DNA of 29,115 nucleotides from a virus (Duplodnaviria; Caudoviricetes), in IMG/VR virus record IMGVR_UViG_3300006428_000006, positions 1 through 29,115 of that record; one strand, written 5' to 3'. The number at the start of each line of letters is the position of its first letter. The first letter of the stretch is position 1. The position numbers and the translations under genes are program-made. Positions 26,930-29,115 of this stretch are shown one piece after another. The notes below the pieces were generated by a model that worked only from the letters and a program-made list of their open reading frames with translations, searched no databases and was not told where the DNA came from.

Positions 26930-27979
26930 ATGAAGCGCCACGGAAACCTTTTCGATAAGATAGCCGACCTGGACAACTTGCGTCTGGCCCACCAGAAGGC
27001 CCGGCGGCGGAAGTCCTGGCATCGGGCCGTGGTCCGCTTTGAGCAGGACACAGAAGGCAATCTTCAGCGCATTCAGGAATCCCTGATCGAGAAGACCTTC
27101 ACCACCTCGCCGTACACCATCAAGGAAATTTTCGAGCCCAAGCGCCGGCTCATCTACGTGTTGCCATTCTCCCCTGACAGGATCGTCCAGCACGCCATTA
27201 TGAATGTCCTGGAACCGATTTGGGACGGCCTCATGCTCCCAACGTCCTACGCCTGCCGGCGCGGAATGGGTGTCCAGGCTGGAAGCCGACAAGTCATGGA
27301 GTATGCCCGGCGGTACCGCTACTGCCTCCAGGGGGATGTTTCGAAGTTCTATCCCTCCATGGATCATGCTGTTCTGTCCGGGATCGTGCGCCAGAAGGTG
27401 AAGTGCCGCGATACCCTCTGGCTCTTGGATGACATCATCCATTCCATCCCGGGCGGGACGAACGTGCCCATCGGAAACTATACGTCGCAGTGGTTTGGCA
27501 ATCTTTACCTCAACGAGCTGGACCAGTGGATAAAGCACCAGCATCACGTCAAGGCCTACCTTCGGTACTGCGACGATTTTTGCCTGTTCCATGACGACAA
27601 GGCCGTTCTTCGTGGGCTTGCCGGCGAGATTCGAACCTTTGTGGCGGACAGGCTCAAGATGCGCCTCAGCAAGCTCAACCTGTTCCCGGTGGCCCAGGGC
27701 GTGGATTTCCTCGGCTACCGCCATTTTCGGAACTACATCCTGCTGCGAAAGCGCACGGCCAAGCGTGTCAAGGCGCGCCTTCGGGCGCTTCCCGGACTGT
27801 TGGCCGCTGGCCGGATCACCCCGGAACGCTACCGTTCGTCGATTGCATCCACCATGGGGTGGATAAAGTGGGCCAATAGCCGCAATCTGGCCCTGGCCTT
27901 GGACTTAGACAACCTTTGGAGGAGTGCGCATGACGCCGAAACGTTTTGCAGACTTTGCCCAGGAGGAAGGACCGCTTGA
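26930..27979 (+). CDS. DGR reverse transcriptase (bRT-like)
   Basis: KRRLIY..PFSPDRIVQHA, SYACRRGMG, GDVSKFYPSMDH, VPIGNYTSQWFGNLYL (DGR-type SQ), YLRYCDDF (YxDD), GVDFLGY; 349 aa with no maturase/endonuclease extension. Confidence 0.96.
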   Translation: MKRHGNLFDKIADLDNLRLAHQKARRRKSWHRAVVRFEQDTEGNLQRIQESLIEKTFTTSPYTIKEIFEPKRRLIYVLPFSPDRIVQHAIMNVLEPIWDGLMLPTSYACRRGMGVQAGSRQVMEYARRYRYCLQGDVSKFYPSMDHAVLSGIVRQKVKCRDTLWLLDDIIHSIPGGTNVPIGNYTSQWFGNLYLNELDQWIKHQHHVKAYLRYCDDFCLFHDDKAVLRGLAGEIRTFVADRLKMRLSKLNLFPVAQGVDFLGYRHFRNYILLRKRTAKRVKARLRALPGLLAAGRITPERYRSSIASTMGWIKWANSRNLALALDLDNLWRSAHDAETFCRLCPGGRTA

Positions 27980-28229
27980 CGGCGAAAAGGTGAAGTTGGA
28001 TTCGATCCTTAATCTGGAGATTTTGATAACTGGGTACAAGGTAAAGAAAAGCAAATATGGCGCAAGCAATTCAGGACAATGCCTGACAGTTCAATTCGAG
28101 CAAGAAGGACAGCACAAAATATTCTTTACTGGATCGGAAGTTCTTATGCAGCAGTTTGAAAAGTACGGCGGAGAAATTCCCTTTGTCGCTACCGTGAAAC
28201 GGATAGATCGTTACTACACCCTTTCGTAA
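27930..28229 (+). CDS. Small beta-rich protein overlapping the RT end; candidate DGR accessory protein
   Basis: GGAGGAG RBS (27918-27924) before ATG 27930; 99 aa; overlaps the last 50 nt of RT; alternating-hydrophobic strands with aromatic and basic residues. Confidence 0.75.
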   Translation: MTPKRFADFAQEEGPLDGEKVKLDSILNLEILITGYKVKKSKYGASNSGQCLTVQFEQEGQHKIFFTGSEVLMQQFEKYGGEIPFVATVKRIDRYYTLS

Positions 28230-28238
28230 GGAGGCTAT

Positions 28239-28940
28239 ATGAACGGATATCCCGTGATCATCAACTCTCGCCAGGATGTTTTGAACCTTCTGGCTGATCC
28301 TGTACATCATGGCCAAGCGCTTGCGTTCGTGCAATCCCTGCTGGATGAGCGGTACGGGTGGGCCTCTCAGGGGGACTTGGCCCTTGATGTCCAGGTTGAA
28401 ACCGTGGCCGGGCATCGGGTGCGGACGGATTACGATGCGATTGGGAAACCCACGGCCAGACATCTGGATCAATGGATGCTCGGGCAAGGGGAAGGTCTGT
28501 CCCGGCTCGGCATCACGGTGGCTGACGCCCTTGGGTGGGGATGCCAGGACAGGGCCGTTGCCCCCCCAGCTGACAACATGGAAGCGGTTCGGGCTACGGC
28601 CAAGGCTCAACTCGACAAGTGGACCGATGCCCGCATGTTCGGCACCTTCACCGACAGCCAGGGGCATGTCTACAAGGTCAACAAGACCGTCCGGGATTGG
28701 ATGACGGGACTGGAAGCCAAGCTGGCCGGCGGCATGGCCCTCCCCAATGGCTTCACCTGGGATGATGCCAGCGGGAATCCGGTGGCGCACACGTCGGAAT
28801 CGTTCCGGGCTCTCACGGCGGAAATTGCTCTCTGGACGGATGCCATGTACCGGGCATGCACCAGGGCGCAGACGGCGGTTGACGCTGCCGGCGATGCCGT
28901 GGCCGTGGATAAGGTCTTATCCGGGGTGGCGTGGCCTTAG
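28239..28940 (+). CDS. Tail-fibre-associated protein, C-terminal DUF4376-like domain
   Basis: AAGGAGG RBS; C-terminal FTWDDASGNPVAHTSESFRALTAEIALW...Y..C...AVDAA...V.WP resembles tail assembly chaperone-like DUF4376 proteins. Confidence 0.6.
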   Translation: MNGYPVIINSRQDVLNLLADPVHHGQALAFVQSLLDERYGWASQGDLALDVQVETVAGHRVRTDYDAIGKPTARHLDQWMLGQGEGLSRLGITVADALGWGCQDRAVAPPADNMEAVRATAKAQLDKWTDARMFGTFTDSQGHVYKVNKTVRDWMTGLEAKLAGGMALPNGFTWDDASGNPVAHTSESFRALTAEIALWTDAMYRACTRAQTAVDAAGDAVAVDKVLSGVAWP

Positions 28941-28956
28941 CGGACTCCAGGATACC

Positions 28957-28980
28957 CCGTAAATGTGGCCGTAAAGATGG
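28957..28980 (+). repeat. Tandem 12-bp imperfect direct repeat; candidate integrase arm-type sites
   Basis: CCGTAAATGTGG / CCGTAAAGATGG (10 of 12 identical), about 90 nt from the tRNA-derived core. Confidence 0.5.
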
Positions 28981-29070
28981 TAGTGGAAGAGAGTTTTTAG
29001 AAATGGGTGATGATGGGATAAAAATGGCGTGATTGCTGGATTTTCAGAGTGGAAGCCAGAGGGGCCAGCA

Positions 29071-29115
29071 GCCTTTCACGCCGGTAACAGGGGTTCAAAT
29101 CCCCTTGGGGACGCC
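29071..29115 (+). tRNA. 3' half of tRNA-Glu(TTC): duplicated fragment, probable prophage att core (not a complete tRNA)
   Basis: GC-CTTTCAC-GCCGG anticodon arm remnant, TAAC, AGGGG-TTCAAAT-CCCCT T-arm, TGGGGAC acceptor 3' strand, GCC; no D-arm or acceptor 5' strand upstream. Confidence 0.85.

Larger units (their letters stand above)
25019..28229 (+). mobile_element. Diversity-generating retroelement cassette: target(VR)-TR-spacer-RT-small ORF
   Basis: VR/TR pair with adenine-only mismatches adjacent to an RT with DGR-class motifs. Confidence 0.96.
1..29115 (+). mobile_element. Prophage, right part (BPP-1/T7-like short-tailed virion module, temperate), ending at a tRNA-Glu-derived att site
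   Basis: Co-oriented, tightly packed run of replication, lysis, terminase, portal, capsid, tail tubular, internal virion and tail fibre genes with many overlapping stop/start codons; partial tRNA at the right end. The integrase/repressor end is not in the window. Confidence 0.93.

Noticed and set aside
26930-27979. RT as a group II intron, retron or defence RT
   Set aside because: No maturase/endonuclease domain or intron RNA ends; the SQ motif and the adjacent adenine-specific TR/VR pair identify a DGR RT.
29041-29115. Complete functional tRNA gene
   Set aside because: No 5' acceptor strand or D-arm, and the 5' anticodon stem is incomplete.

Overview
The window is the right-hand ~29 kb of a temperate podovirus-like prophage whose gene order resembles Bordetella phage BPP-1 and T7-type virions. 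All credible genes are on the + strand: replication/nucleotide-metabolism genes, a lysis cassette, terminase, portal, scaffold, capsid, tail tubular proteins, internal ejection proteins and tail fibres. It ends in the 3' half of a tRNA-Glu(TTC), the probable attachment-site core. The main result is an intact-looking diversity-generating retroelement (DGR). An Mtd-like tail receptor-binding gene (25019-26620) has a C-terminal variable repeat (VR 26489-26605) that differs from a template repeat (TR 26673-26789) at 19 of 117 positions, every one a TR adenine. A structured spacer and a DGR-type reverse transcriptase (26930-27979) follow. There is no avd gene at the usual position (only ~50 nt lie between the target stop and TR). 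Instead an AT-rich 99-aa beta-rich ORF overlaps the RT 3' end and is a candidate non-Avd accessory factor. Other oddities are a lysozyme fused to a holin-like membrane domain, a carbohydrate-binding-like insert in the tail nozzle, and a perfect 74-bp palindrome at the left edge (probably an assembly fold-back). Family assignments come from motif recognition by eye, not from database searches.
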